Of a stretch of 64,000 nt of DNA, positions 46,015 through 55,865 are shown one piece after another (position 1 is the first letter of the stretch; each line of letters opens with the position of its first letter). The stretch comes from an uncultured bacterium. Lineage in GTDB: Bacteria; Planctomycetota; UBA1135; GCA-002686595. The stretch covers positions 1,344,001-1,408,000 of the forward strand of contig CALSNU010000001.1 in the NCBI GenBank assembly GCA_943787795.1, given 5' to 3'. The notes beneath the pieces are model-generated. The model was not told where the DNA came from. It saw nothing but the letters and a program-made list of their open reading frames with translations, and did no database searches. Position numbers and translations under genes: made by a program.

Positions 46015-47805
46015 TCAGGACACCATCTGGGTCACGGAGTCGCCGTCGTGGCGCAGGTGGAAGGTCGTCTCGGCGATCTTCTTCTTGGCGCTCGCCTCGA
46101 CGATGAAGTTGTTCATGAACAGGAAGTCCATGCCCGACAGCGAGAACGTGTTGAAGGCGTGGGCGGGCGACTCGACGATGGGCTCGCCCTTGAGGTTGAA
46201 CGAGGTGTTCATGATCACCGGCACGTCGGTGAGCTCGCCAAAGCGCTCGATGATGCGGTGGTAGGCCGGGTTGGTCTGGCGGTAGACCGTCTGGAGCCTG
46301 CCGGAGCCGTCCTCGTGGGTGATCGCTGGCAGCACGTCGCGCTTCTCCTCGCGCACGGGCGCCACGTAGAGCATGAAGCGCGCGGGCCAGTGCCGCTCGG
46401 GCTCGGGGATGTCAAAGAACTCGTCCGCGCGCTCCTCGATCACCGACGGCGCGAAGGGCCGGAAGGACTCGCGGAACTTGATCTTCGAGTTGAGCTTCTC
46501 CTTCATCTCCATGCGCCTTGGGTCGGCGATGATGGAGCGGCTGCCCAGGGCCCGTGGACCCCACTCGCAGCGGCCGCGCATCCAGCCGCAGACGTGGCCC
46601 GACTCCAGGGTCCGCGCAACGAAGTCGAAGAACTCTTCGTCGTCCGAGATCTTGCGATAGGGGATGTCGTTCGCCTCGAGGAACGACTGGATGGAGTCGT
46701 CCCCGTGCTCGCTGCCCAGGTACGCGTGCTCCAGGGCCGGGCCCCGCGGTTGGTCGAGCAGGTGGTTGTAGGCCCAGTAGGCGGCGCCGGCCGAGCACCC
46801 GTCGTCGCCGGGAGCGGGGTGGATGTAGACGTCCTCGAAGGGCCCCTCGCGCATCAGCTTGTAGTTGGCCACCGAGTTCAGGGCCACGCCGCCGGCGAGG
46901 CAGAGCTTCTTGAGCCCCGTGATCTCGTGCAGGTGCGTGATCATCTTCAGCAGGATCTCCTCGGTGACCCGCTGGATGCTCGCGGCCATGTCGCAGTAGT
47001 ACGGGTCTAGCGAGGTGTCCTGATGCTTCGGGTCTCGGCGTGGCCGGCCGAAGTGCGCCTCGAAGAGCGGGCTCAGGGTGTCGTTGGTCGAGTGGTGGTA
47101 CTTGAAGTACCGCATGTCGTGCCAGAGTGACCCGTCCTCGGCGACATCGAGGAGCTTGTAGATCTCGTCGCAGTACTTCGGCTCACCGTAGGGGTGCATC
47201 CCCATGAGCTTGTATTCGCCCTCGTTGATCTCGAAGCCGCAGTACGCAGTGAAGGCAGAGTAGAGCAGGCCGAGGGAGTGCGGGAAGCGCATCTCCTTGA
47301 GGACCTCGATCTTGTTCCCGCGACCGACGGCCATGGTGGAGGTGGTCCACTCACCCGCGCCGTCGACGGTGAGGATCGCGGCCTCCTCGAAGGGCGACGT
47401 GTAGAAGCTCGACGCCGCGTGGGAGACGTGGTGGTCCGCGAAGAGGAACTTGGAGCGCGGCACCTCGAGGCGCTTGCTCATCATCGACTTGATCCAGAGC
47501 TTGTCCGAGATCCAGCGCTGCATGGACTCCCGGAAGACCGCTGCGCTCTTCGGGAACGTGGCCATGGCGGTGAGCAGCATGCGCTCGAACTTCACGAAGG
47601 GCTTCTCGTAGAAGACCACGTAGTCCACGTCGTGGATCGTGATGCCACCCTGCTTCAGGCAGAACTCGATGGCGAGTTCGGGAAAGCCTGAGTCGTGCTT
47701 CTTGCGGCTGAAGCGCTCCTCCGCGGAGGCCGCCACGAGCACACCGTTCTTCACCAGTGCGGCGGCAGAGTCGTGGTAGTAGAAGGAGAGGCCGAGGACG
47801 TTCAT
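46015..47805 (-). CDS. O-carbamoyltransferase (NodU/CmcH/TobZ family)
   Basis: YHDSAAAL..EERFSRKKHD, HHVSHAAS, DGAGE, GEYKLMG, GGVALN, GPRALGSRS, KFRESFRPFAP, NTSFN. Confidence 0.95.
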   Translation of the reverse strand: MNVLGLSFYYHDSAAALVKNGVLVAASAEERFSRKKHDSGFPELAIEFCLKQGGITIHDVDYVVFYEKPFVKFERMLLTAMATFPKSAAVFRESMQRWISDKLWIKSMMSKRLEVPRSKFLFADHHVSHAASSFYTSPFEEAAILTVDGAGEWTTSTMAVGRGNKIEVLKEMRFPHSLGLLYSAFTAYCGFEINEGEYKLMGMHPYGEPKYCDEIYKLLDVAEDGSLWHDMRYFKYHHSTNDTLSPLFEAHFGRPRRDPKHQDTSLDPYYCDMAASIQRVTEEILLKMITHLHEITGLKKLCLAGGVALNSVANYKLMREGPFEDVYIHPAPGDDGCSAGAAYWAYNHLLDQPRGPALEHAYLGSEHGDDSIQSFLEANDIPYRKISDDEEFFDFVARTLESGHVCGWMRGRCEWGPRALGSRSIIADPRRMEMKEKLNSKIKFRESFRPFAPSVIEERADEFFDIPEPERHWPARFMLYVAPVREEKRDVLPAITHEDGSGRLQTVYRQTNPAYHRIIERFGELTDVPVIMNTSFNLKGEPIVESPAHAFNTFSLSGMDFLFMNNFIVEASAKKKIAETTFHLRHDGDSVTQMVS

Positions 47806-47814
47806 GGTGGGCGG

Positions 47815-48024
47815 TCAGTCCTGGTGCCGGGCGGCGGCCACGTCCTCGTTCGTGCTCTCCCACTTGGTCCAGTTCCCCGCTTGGCGCCGCTTGAGGTGCA
47901 GCGGGTCGCAGACGCGCTGATACACGAGCGCGACGGGGCCGAGCACACCGTAGTAGAGGGCCGTCAGCAGTAGCCTCGAGACCATGCTGCCGAAGCGTTC
48001 CGTGAACTGAGCGAGGGCTTGCAT
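47815..48024 (-). CDS. Small membrane protein, SxtJ-like
   Basis: SRLLLTALYYGVLGPVAL..DPLHL..W pattern; directly upstream of the carbamoyltransferase. Confidence 0.7.
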   Translation of the reverse strand: MQALAQFTERFGSMVSRLLLTALYYGVLGPVALVYQRVCDPLHLKRRQAGNWTKWESTNEDVAAARHQD

Positions 48025-48160
48025 GGGCCGCGGTGGTGGGGCGGGTCGAGCCGGAGGAAGAGGGGGGGGATGGCGCGGCCGTCGCTTACGCGGTGGCGGT
48101 CGCTCTGCTACCCACCTCTATCGGCGCAGCTTATCCACGCGGCTGTCCTCAAGCCCGGAT

Positions 48161-49630
48161 TTATCGGACGAGAACCCCCTTGAGCAGCTCCTCTCGCTGA
48201 TAGGTGGCGTCTCCATTCAGGTCGCGGTAGGCGTCGATCTCGATCTCGGTCCCCGGCTCGATCCGGTCAAGCACCAGCTGCAGGGTCGCCTTGTCGCTCA
48301 GGCGGATGGCCCCGGAGCGCGGGCGGGTCCGCGGGCGAAGGGCCGGGATCACGTCGCCGGGGCGGAGTCCAAGCTCTGCCGCCGAGCTCCCATCTCGAAC
48401 TCGCTGGACCATGAGGAAGCGACTGCGACCGAGCTGCCGCTCCGTCACGGTGACCCCGATCTCGGAGAAGAACCTGCCGTTCATGTCGTCCCAGGATCGT
48501 AGGGTCACGATCTCGGAGGCCCCTCCCGTCCCGCTGTCGGCGCGGATGATCCCCACCGTGAAGTCCGCGCCTGAGTCGATCTGAAGTGACTGGAGCAGGA
48601 AGGACTCGGAGTCGGGGATGGGCACCCCGTTCAGGGACACCACCTGGTCGGCCTGGCAGATGCCGGCTGCGGCGGCGGGACCCTGGTCCCAGACGCGCGT
48701 CACGGTCAGTTCACCCGCCCGCTCCTCGACGTCGAAGCCGAGCCATGAGCGGCGGGCGTCGGGGAACAGGCTGTCCGTGAGCACCTGGCGCACCCGGTCC
48801 ACAGGAATGGCGAAGCCGATGTTCTCTGCGTCGGTGTTCATGACCGTGTTGATCCCGATCAGTTCACCGTGAATATTCAGCAGGGGGCCGCCGGAGTTCC
48901 CGCGGTTGATCGAGGCGTCGGTCTGGATGAGCCCGCGGAAGTGGAGCTGGCGCCCGGGGACAGGGACCTCGCGGTAGAGGCCGGAGATGATCCCCGTGGA
49001 GACCGTGTAGGTCTGGCCGTGGGGGTTGCCGATGGCCACGACGCGCTCGCCTGGCATCAGGTCCGAGCTTGTTCCCATGCGGACCGTGGGGAAGGCGCTC
49101 TCCCCGGCCGGGCGCAGGTCGGCCGCGCCGTCGTCGTCCGGGAGCTCGGGCGCAGTGACCCCCGCGGCGACTCCCAGGGGTTGGATCTTGAGCAGCGCGA
49201 GATCCTCCTCGCGCACGGAGGACATCAGCCGCGCGGGGTACTGATTCGGATCGCCATCGAAGGAGACTGTGATCTGCTGGGCGCCTTCCACGACGTGGTA
49301 GTTCGTGACGATGAATCCCGAGGGGTGGATCACCACCCCTGAGCCCGAGCCGGACATCACCTGGCGCTGAAAGCCGAAGATCGTGCGGACGTTCTGGACC
49401 ATCTCGGTCTCCACGTACACCACGGAGGGCTTCACCGCCTGGGCGACGCGAGCCTCCGGTGTCTCGCGCTCGATGGAGCGCAGGGACTCGTAGAGCTCCA
49501 GTCGACCTTGGTCCACCTCGCCCTGTGCGGGAGCTGAACCCAGCTGGGCGTACAGCGGCGCGCCGCTCGCGGCGGCGAGGCAGAGGGCGGCGAGGAAGAG
49601 GCCGAGGGGGCGTCGGTTGGGTTGAGTCAT
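48161..49630 (-). CDS. HtrA/DegP-family serine protease with PDZ domains
   Basis: Signal peptide; GSGSGVVI, TNYHVV, DLALL, IQTDASINRGNSGGPL; two PDZ-like domains. Confidence 0.92.
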   Translation of the reverse strand: MTQPNRRPLGLFLAALCLAAASGAPLYAQLGSAPAQGEVDQGRLELYESLRSIERETPEARVAQAVKPSVVYVETEMVQNVRTIFGFQRQVMSGSGSGVVIHPSGFIVTNYHVVEGAQQITVSFDGDPNQYPARLMSSVREEDLALLKIQPLGVAAGVTAPELPDDDGAADLRPAGESAFPTVRMGTSSDLMPGERVVAIGNPHGQTYTVSTGIISGLYREVPVPGRQLHFRGLIQTDASINRGNSGGPLLNIHGELIGINTVMNTDAENIGFAIPVDRVRQVLTDSLFPDARRSWLGFDVEERAGELTVTRVWDQGPAAAAGICQADQVVSLNGVPIPDSESFLLQSLQIDSGADFTVGIIRADSGTGGASEIVTLRSWDDMNGRFFSEIGVTVTERQLGRSRFLMVQRVRDGSSAAELGLRPGDVIPALRPRTRPRSGAIRLSDKATLQLVLDRIEPGTEIEIDAYRDLNGDATYQREELLKGVLVR

Positions 49631-49963
49631 GGGGGGATGAGTTGGGTCCGTGGCACCGTGCGGCTCCAGCGGGTGGGGCGGAGGCGCTCCTATTCTCGTA
49701 CGCCGGCCCCCTGACTTCGTGAGCAGAATCATGCTCCCGACCGTGGTGAGGCCAGTGTCTCGCCTTCCAGCGCTCCACCCCGGCGATCGGGCCGCGGTCG
49801 AAACCCGCTGCAGGCAGCCAGCAGGAGGACCTCAGCGGGTTGAAACCAGACCCCATCAGCCCCGGGACCCGGTCTGCGCCTGGATCCCTCTGGCCCGTCC
49901 CCGCATGGGCCAGTGCATGGGTCCGTCCCGCACGAGCCACCCCTTCGGCTCCTGAAAGGGCCA

Positions 49964-50007
49964 TGAAGAAAGCCCTCGCAGGGCACTGGGCCGCCGGCGA
50001 GGGCTTT
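49964..50007 (-). terminator. Intrinsic terminator downstream of tRNA
   Basis: 11-bp inverted repeat AAAGCCCTCGC / GCGAGGGCTTT ending in TTTCTT on the minus strand. Confidence 0.65.
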
Positions 50008-50010
50008 GGG

Positions 50011-50087
50011 TGGTGGACCTAAGTGGATTCGAACCACTGACCTCTACGATGTCAACGTAGCGCTCTAACCAACTGAGCTATAGGTCC
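50011..50087 (-). tRNA. tRNA-Val(GAC)
   Basis: 77 nt: GGACCTA acceptor stem, D arm AGCTCAGTTGGTTAGAGC, anticodon arm CTACG-TTGACAT-CGTAG, GGTTCGAATCC, encoded CCA. Confidence 0.97.
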
Positions 50088-50338
50088 TCGACGGCGCGAG
50101 AATCTATCCGCGAAGGGCCGCGGCCTCAACGCTTTTTCCCGTGCTATCCGTCGCCTGACCGACCGCTGGCGGTTCCCGCGGACCCAGCGCGGGCCTAGAC
50201 TCTCCGCCCGGGTCTGCTCGCAGTCCCCGGTGCCCGCCCCCCTCAATCCCTCCCAGGTCACTGCGGAGGGAGCCCCCATCCTCGAGTTCGGACCAGACTG
50301 GTCCGCCGAGACCCCCTCTGAGTAGTCGAGATCAACAC

Positions 50339-51457
50339 GTGAAGATTGGCGTCGTCAAGGAGATCAAGAACCACGAGTACCGCGTGGCCCTTCGCCCCTC
50401 GGGAGCCGAGCAGCTCATCGCGGACGGCCACGAGGTCATGGTGGAGACCCTGGCAGGGAAGGGCACCAGCCTCGGCGACGACCTGTACGAGGGCGTCGGA
50501 TGCAGCATTGGCGCCTCGGCGGCCGAGGTCTGGGCGAGCTGCGACATGATCATGAAGGTCAAGGAGCCCCTCGCCTCCGAGTGGCCGCACATGCGGGCGG
50601 GACAGACCGTCTTCACCTACTTTCACCTGGCTGCGGATCGGGAGCTCACGGATGGCATCCTCGCCACCGGCGCCCACTGCTTCGCCTACGAGACCCTCGA
50701 GGTCGGGGGCAAGCTGCCCCTGCTCGAGCCCATGAGCGAGGTGGCCGGAAGGCTGTCGATTCAGGCCGGGGCCAAGTACCTGGAGAAGCCGGCCGGTGGA
50801 GTGGGACAGCTCCTGGGCGGCGTCCCAGGCGTGGCGCCTGCGGAGGTCGTGGTCATCGGCGGCGGCGTCGTCGGGACGAATGCAGCGCGCATGGCGGCCG
50901 GCCTGGGGGCCAACGTGACCGTGCTGGACGTCAACCACGAGCGGATGCGATACCTGGACGAGATCCTCCCGGCAAACTGCATGACGATCTACTCGAACCC
51001 CATGAGCGTTCGGGAGAAGCTCGAGGCCGCGGACCTCGTGGTCGGGGCGGTCCTGGTGCCCGGCGCAGCGGCCCCCAAGCTCATCAAGCGCGAGCACCTG
51101 GCGTTCATGAAGGAGGGCAGCGTCATCGCGGACGTCGCGGTGGACCAGGGAGGTTGCTGTGAGACGACGCGCCCCACCACCCACGAGGAGCCCACCTTCG
51201 TCGTGGACGGGGTCGTTCATTACTGCGTGGCGAACATGCCAGGCGCCGTGCCCCGTACGAGCACCTTTGCCCTCACCAACTCGACCCTCTCGTGGGCCCG
51301 CCGCCTCGCGCGGCTCGGTCCGAAGCAGGCGATCATCGGTGACGCCGGGCTCGCGTCGGCCGCCAACACCGTCGGCGGCAAGCTGACCTGTGAGCCGGTG
51401 GCCCAGGCCTTCGGCATGGAGTTCATCGCTCCCGTGACGGCCGCGAACAGCCTCTGA
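50339..51457 (+). CDS. ald: Alanine dehydrogenase
   Basis: [49 protein letters not shown]. Confidence 0.96.
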   Translation: MKIGVVKEIKNHEYRVALRPSGAEQLIADGHEVMVETLAGKGTSLGDDLYEGVGCSIGASAAEVWASCDMIMKVKEPLASEWPHMRAGQTVFTYFHLAADRELTDGILATGAHCFAYETLEVGGKLPLLEPMSEVAGRLSIQAGAKYLEKPAGGVGQLLGGVPGVAPAEVVVIGGGVVGTNAARMAAGLGANVTVLDVNHERMRYLDEILPANCMTIYSNPMSVREKLEAADLVVGAVLVPGAAAPKLIKREHLAFMKEGSVIADVAVDQGGCCETTRPTTHEEPTFVVDGVVHYCVANMPGAVPRTSTFALTNSTLSWARRLARLGPKQAIIGDAGLASAANTVGGKLTCEPVAQAFGMEFIAPVTAANSL

Positions 51458-51469
51458 TCGGGCCCCCCC

Positions 51470-52360
51470 GTGCTCCCCATTTTCTACGCGACCATGCCCG
51501 AGGCGGCCGCCGCGGGGCGCGCTGCAGGGCAGGCAGTGCAGGAGGCTGCGGGCCTGTCGGAGGGCGACGTCTGGAGCGTCTTCTTCCTCGCGATCATTCA
51601 GGGGCTGACGGAGTTCCTGCCGGTGAGCAGTTCGGGTCACCTGGTCCTCGGGAAATCGGTGATCGGCCTCGAGACCGGTGGGATCGCGCTCGACGTCGCC
51701 CTCCACGTGGGCACCCTGGGCGCGATCGTCTGGGCCTTCCGGAAGGACGTCCTCGCCCTGTTGCGAGACCCGTTTGAGGGGCGCTACATGAGCTGGGTCT
51801 GGCTCGTGGTGGCGACGTTGCCGGTGGCGATCATCGGGCTCGTCTTCAAGGACTCCATCACCGCCGCCGCCGGGACGGCTGTGGCGGCGGGCTGCGGGCT
51901 GCTGGTCACCTCCGTGGCGCTGCTGGTGGGCGAGTTTAGCCGGCGCCGTTTCGATGCGCCCGCCTCGCCCCCTGACGAGCCGCCGGTCTTTCGTATGCGT
52001 GACGCCGTAGTGATGGGATTCGCCCAGGCGGCGGCCATCTGGCCCGGCGTCTCGCGGTCGGGGTCCACCATCTCGGCGGGCCTCGTGCGAGGGCTCTCGG
52101 CGGAGGACGCGGCGCGGCTCTCCTTCCTCATGAGCATCCCCGCCATCTCCGGCGCCGCCATTGTCGAGCTGCCTGGCGCCCTCGAGGAGGGCTTCGGCAG
52201 CCTCAACGGCGTCGTGGTGCTTGGAGCCGCCGTGCTGGCTGGGCTGGTGGGGTGGAGTGCGCTCCGGACGCTGCTCCTCGTCCTCCGCAAGGGCTCCTTC
52301 CCCTACTTCGCGGCCTACTGCGCGCTCGTCGGCACCGCAGCGCTGATCCTCTCCTGGTGA
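51470..52360 (+). CDS. uppP: Undecaprenyl-diphosphate phosphatase (BacA)
   Basis: QGLTEFLPVSSSGHL, PGVSRSGSTI, SFLMSIP. Confidence 0.95.
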   Translation: MLPIFYATMPEAAAAGRAAGQAVQEAAGLSEGDVWSVFFLAIIQGLTEFLPVSSSGHLVLGKSVIGLETGGIALDVALHVGTLGAIVWAFRKDVLALLRDPFEGRYMSWVWLVVATLPVAIIGLVFKDSITAAAGTAVAAGCGLLVTSVALLVGEFSRRRFDAPASPPDEPPVFRMRDAVVMGFAQAAAIWPGVSRSGSTISAGLVRGLSAEDAARLSFLMSIPAISGAAIVELPGALEEGFGSLNGVVVLGAAVLAGLVGWSALRTLLLVLRKGSFPYFAAYCALVGTAALILSW

Positions 52361-52377
52361 CGGGGTAGTCTGGCGCC

Positions 52378-54119
52378 ATGCGCCAACCCACGCCCCGCCA
52401 CCTCGCCCCCTCGCTCGTCGCCGCCCTGTTGCTCTCCGCGTCCCTGGGGGCCGCTCCCCAGGAAGAGGAGGCCCCGGCAGCGGACGCCACCGCCGTCTCC
52501 GCGGCGGGATCCCTGATCGGGCTCGAGTGGACCGAGGCGGAGGTCGAGCAGATGCTCGGCACGATCCGCGAGCGGAAGGCTGAGTACGAGCGCCTGCGAG
52601 GCCGATCGATGGCGAACAGCGTCTTTCCCGCGCCCATGGGGACTCCGTTCGTCCCGGGGGTGGAGCCCGCCCAGGCTCAGCTCGCAGGTCGCCCCCCTGC
52701 ACAGCCCGAGGTCACGCGGCCGGATGACCTGGAGGAGGTCTGCTTCTGGAGCATCCCCGAGCTGGCGGCGCTGCTCCGCCAGGGGGGCGTCACCTCGGTG
52801 GAGCTCACCCGGATGTACCTGGATCGGCTGAGCCGACTCGACGGACACCTGCACTGCGTGATCTCGCTGCTGCCCGAGCGAGCGCTTGCCCAGGCCGCCG
52901 CACGGGACGCGGAGCTCGAGGAGGGCATCGACCGGGGGCTCCTCCACGGCCTGCCCTGGGGGGTGAAGGACCTCATGGCCGTGGAGGGGACCCGCACCAC
53001 ATGGGGGGCCGAGCCGTACAGGGATCAGGTGTTGGAGGGGACCGCGACGGTGGTCCGTCGGCTCGACGACGCGGGCGCCGTCCTCATCGCCAAGCTGACC
53101 CTGGGGGCCCTCGCCATGGGGGACGTCTGGTACGGGGAGCGGACGCGCAGCCCGTGGGACCTGGACCGTGGCTCCAGCGGATCCTCGGCGGGCTCGGCTT
53201 CGGCCACGGCCGCGGGGGGCGTCGCGTTCTCCATCGGGACCGAGACCCTCGGGTCCATCGTCTCGCCTTCGGTGGCCTGCGCCACCAGCAGCCTGCGGCC
53301 CACCGTGGGGCGCGTGCCCCGGACGGGGGCCATGGCGCTCTCCTGGACCATGGACAAGGTGGGCCCGATCACGCGCACCGTGGGGGACGCCGACCTGGTC
53401 TTCCGCGCGATCGCGGGGCGAGATCCCGCCGATCCCTACTCCCGGGACGGGCGCGTGCCCGTTCAAGGGGTGCAGGAGGAGGGGCTGCGGATCGGCGTGC
53501 CCGAGGGCGCCTTCGCCCGAGCGGGCCGGCGTCGAGGAGATCCTGGAGGAGCTCGAGGCCGCGGGCCATGAGCTGGTGCCGGTCAAGCTCCCCGCCTATC
53601 CCGTCCGCGCCATGCTCGTCATCCTTCACGCCGAGTCGGCGGCCGCCTTCGACGAGCTCACCCGGAGCGGGGGCGACGACCTCCTCCGCCGACAGGGGGC
53701 CTCGGCCTGGCCCAACTCCTTTCGCGCGGCCCAGTTGATCCCGGCGGTGGCCTACGTCCAGGCCCAACGGCTGCGGGTCGCTGCTGATGGCGGACATGGC
53801 GGAGGCCATGGCGGACGTCGACCTGATGGTGCACGCGCCCTACGCCAGCGGGGTCCTGACGATCACGAACCTGACCGGGCACCCGACCGTGTCGGCCCCC
53901 TTCGTGCCCGCCGCCGGACCCCGCGGGGACGGGGCGCCCCGGACGGTGTGCTTCACGGGGCGCCCCGATCAGGACGAGGCGCTGCTGGCCGCGGTGTCGG
54001 CCTGGCAGCGAGCCCACCCCGAGCACGTGCTCCAGCCGCCCCTGCCGTGGCTCGACGGAGCCGGCCCCGGCGCAGCGAAAGATCGGGAATCGAAGGACGG
54101 CGGGGGCGCGGGCCGTTGA
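52378..54119 (+). pseudogene. Amidase-signature family protein split by two +1 frameshifts (about 53524 and 53777); probably sequencing errors
   Basis: GLPWGVKD, GSSGSSAGS, IGTETLGSIVSPS in frame 1; continues ..ESAAAFDELTR..WPNSFR in frame 2 and ..NLTGHPTV in frame 3. Confidence 0.8.
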
Positions 54120-54150
54120 CTCCCCGTGGGGGCGCCGCAGACTGGTCAGC

Positions 54151-54699
54151 ATGAGCCAGATTCCTGCCAGCGGCCGCTTCGGTGAGGCGCCCATCATGAC
54201 CGTCGAGGAGTTCGCGGCGATCCGCCCCGAACTTGAGGGGAAGATCGTGGCCACCTCCGGCGGCTTCGACCCGATCCACCCCGGCCACGCGAGCGTCCTG
54301 CTCGCGTCCAAGTCCCACGTCGAGTCCGAGACCGGTGAGCGGCCGGACCTCCTCGTCGTCATCGTCAACGGAGACGGGTTCCTCCGGAACAAGAAGGGGG
54401 CCGAATTCCAGGACCTCTCCACCCGCGCGCGGGTCGTGGCCTGCCTGCGCGAGGTTGACGTGGTCGTGACCTACGAGACCGACAAGGAGATGTCGGTGGA
54501 GGGCGCCCTCGCTGGCATCCGCCCGCACTTCTTCACGAAGGGCGGGGACCGCACCGGCGCGGACAACATCGCCGAGTGGGGCCTCTGCCAGGAGATCGGC
54601 TGCCAGATCGTCACCGGCTGTGGCGTCGACAAGGAGTGGTCCTCCTCGGATCTGCTCGGGCGTTGGGCTCAGCTTGTGAGGGACGGCGCGGTCAGCTGA
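54151..54699 (+). CDS. Single-domain cytidylyl/adenylyltransferase (HxGH family, RfaE domain II-like)
   Basis: SGGFDPIHPGH, LVVIVNGD, KGGDR, K.WSSS. Confidence 0.85.
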   Translation: MSQIPASGRFGEAPIMTVEEFAAIRPELEGKIVATSGGFDPIHPGHASVLLASKSHVESETGERPDLLVVIVNGDGFLRNKKGAEFQDLSTRARVVACLREVDVVVTYETDKEMSVEGALAGIRPHFFTKGGDRTGADNIAEWGLCQEIGCQIVTGCGVDKEWSSSDLLGRWAQLVRDGAVS

Positions 54700-54712
54700 C
54701 CGAGCTCTAATC

Positions 54713-55865
54713 TTGCGCGCCCGACCCACAGGGCCGGCTCGATCGGGAGGGTCCCTCGCGCCGCTTCTGGACTATCGGCCCGCGTTGGTCGGGGGGCAGG
54801 GCGTCGGCCGATACGTTCGGGAGCTTGCGCGGGCGCTCGCGGCCGAGGAGGGCATCGAGCCTCGGCTGTTCGCGCCCACCCGCCAGGGCGCGTCGCGGAG
54901 CGCTCCGGAGGGCGCGCGGCTGTTCGCTCCCCGGCTCCCCTCGAAGCCGATCACCGCGCTCCTGAGCGCCACGGGGCTGGGAGTTGAGCGGCTGGTTGGA
55001 GGGGCGGATCTGGTGCATCACACCCAGTACCGCAGGCTCCCCACCGGGGCCCCCGAGGTCGCGATGATTCACGACCTCGTGTTCCTCGACTCGGACCGCT
55101 ATGTGAGTTCCCGCGTCTCGACGCGCATGAGCGGCTTCGTGCGCGACGCAGCGAGGCGATGCTCGATCCTCCTGACCCCGTCCGAAACCGTGGCCGATGA
55201 GGTGGCGGGACGCCTGGGGGTCGAGCGGAGCCGGGTCGTCGCGACCCCCGCTCGGGGTCGATCACGCGCTGCGCACAGTCGCCGACCAGGGGGTGGCCGC
55301 GGAGCTCGCGGCCGAGGTCCGGGGCGCGGGCCCGTTTCTCTTCACGGCGGCGCGCATTGAGACGCGCAAGAACCTCGGGATCATCCTTCGCGCGCTGGAG
55401 AGGCTCGGGCCAGAGGCGCCGAGGTGGAAGATCGCCGGCATCGCCGGCGAGGGAGCCGGGGCCTTCGAGGCTGACGTCGCGGCGTCGACGGTCTCGGGGC
55501 GCGTGGAGCAGCTCGGACACCTCACGGAGGGGGCGCTTCGGGCCCACCTCGACGCCTGCCTGGCGTTCGTGCTGGTGCCCCATGACGAGGGGTTCGGTCT
55601 GGCTCCGCTCGAGGCCATGGCGATTGGGTGTCGCGCGATCTCGAGCGATGTGCCCGTGGTCCGCGAGGTGTGCGGCGGTGCGGCCGAGCTGGTGGACCCC
55701 GAGGATGAGTCGGCTCTGGCGGCAGCCATCGGGCGGCTCCTTGAGGAGCCGCAGTCCGAAGGGGCAGCGAGCTCAGCGGCGGCGCACGCCGCGCGCTTCA
55801 CGTGGGCCAGAACCGCGGCGCGGACCGTCGAGGCCTACCGGCTCGCCTTGCGCGATGGAGCCTGA
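54713..55865 (+). pseudogene. Glycosyltransferase family 4 split by one +1 frameshift (about 55247); probably a sequencing error
   Basis: DYRPAL..GVGRY, IHDL in first frame; PLGVD, IETRKNL, EGFGLAPLEAMA in second frame. Confidence 0.8.

Noticed and set aside
44478..48024. Saxitoxin biosynthesis (sxtI/J/K/L-like families)
   Set aside because: No sxtA, sxtG or other core sxt genes; these families are widespread in envelope-glycan contexts.
48131..48139. DnaA-box-like TTATCCACG (and a similar one near 8494)
   Set aside because: Isolated single-mismatch boxes with no cluster or AT-rich unwinding element.
49793..49847. GTTGAAAC (CRISPR-repeat-like end) with a 9-bp inverted repeat AACCCGCTG/CAGCGGGTT upstream of the protease gene
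   Set aside because: Single occurrence with no array; it could be an operator or hairpin but I cannot support that.
50011..50087. tRNA-Val as integration site making the glycan region a genomic island
   Set aside because: I saw no integrase, transposase or duplicated tRNA 3' end; housekeeping genes are interleaved and composition looks broadly uniform.
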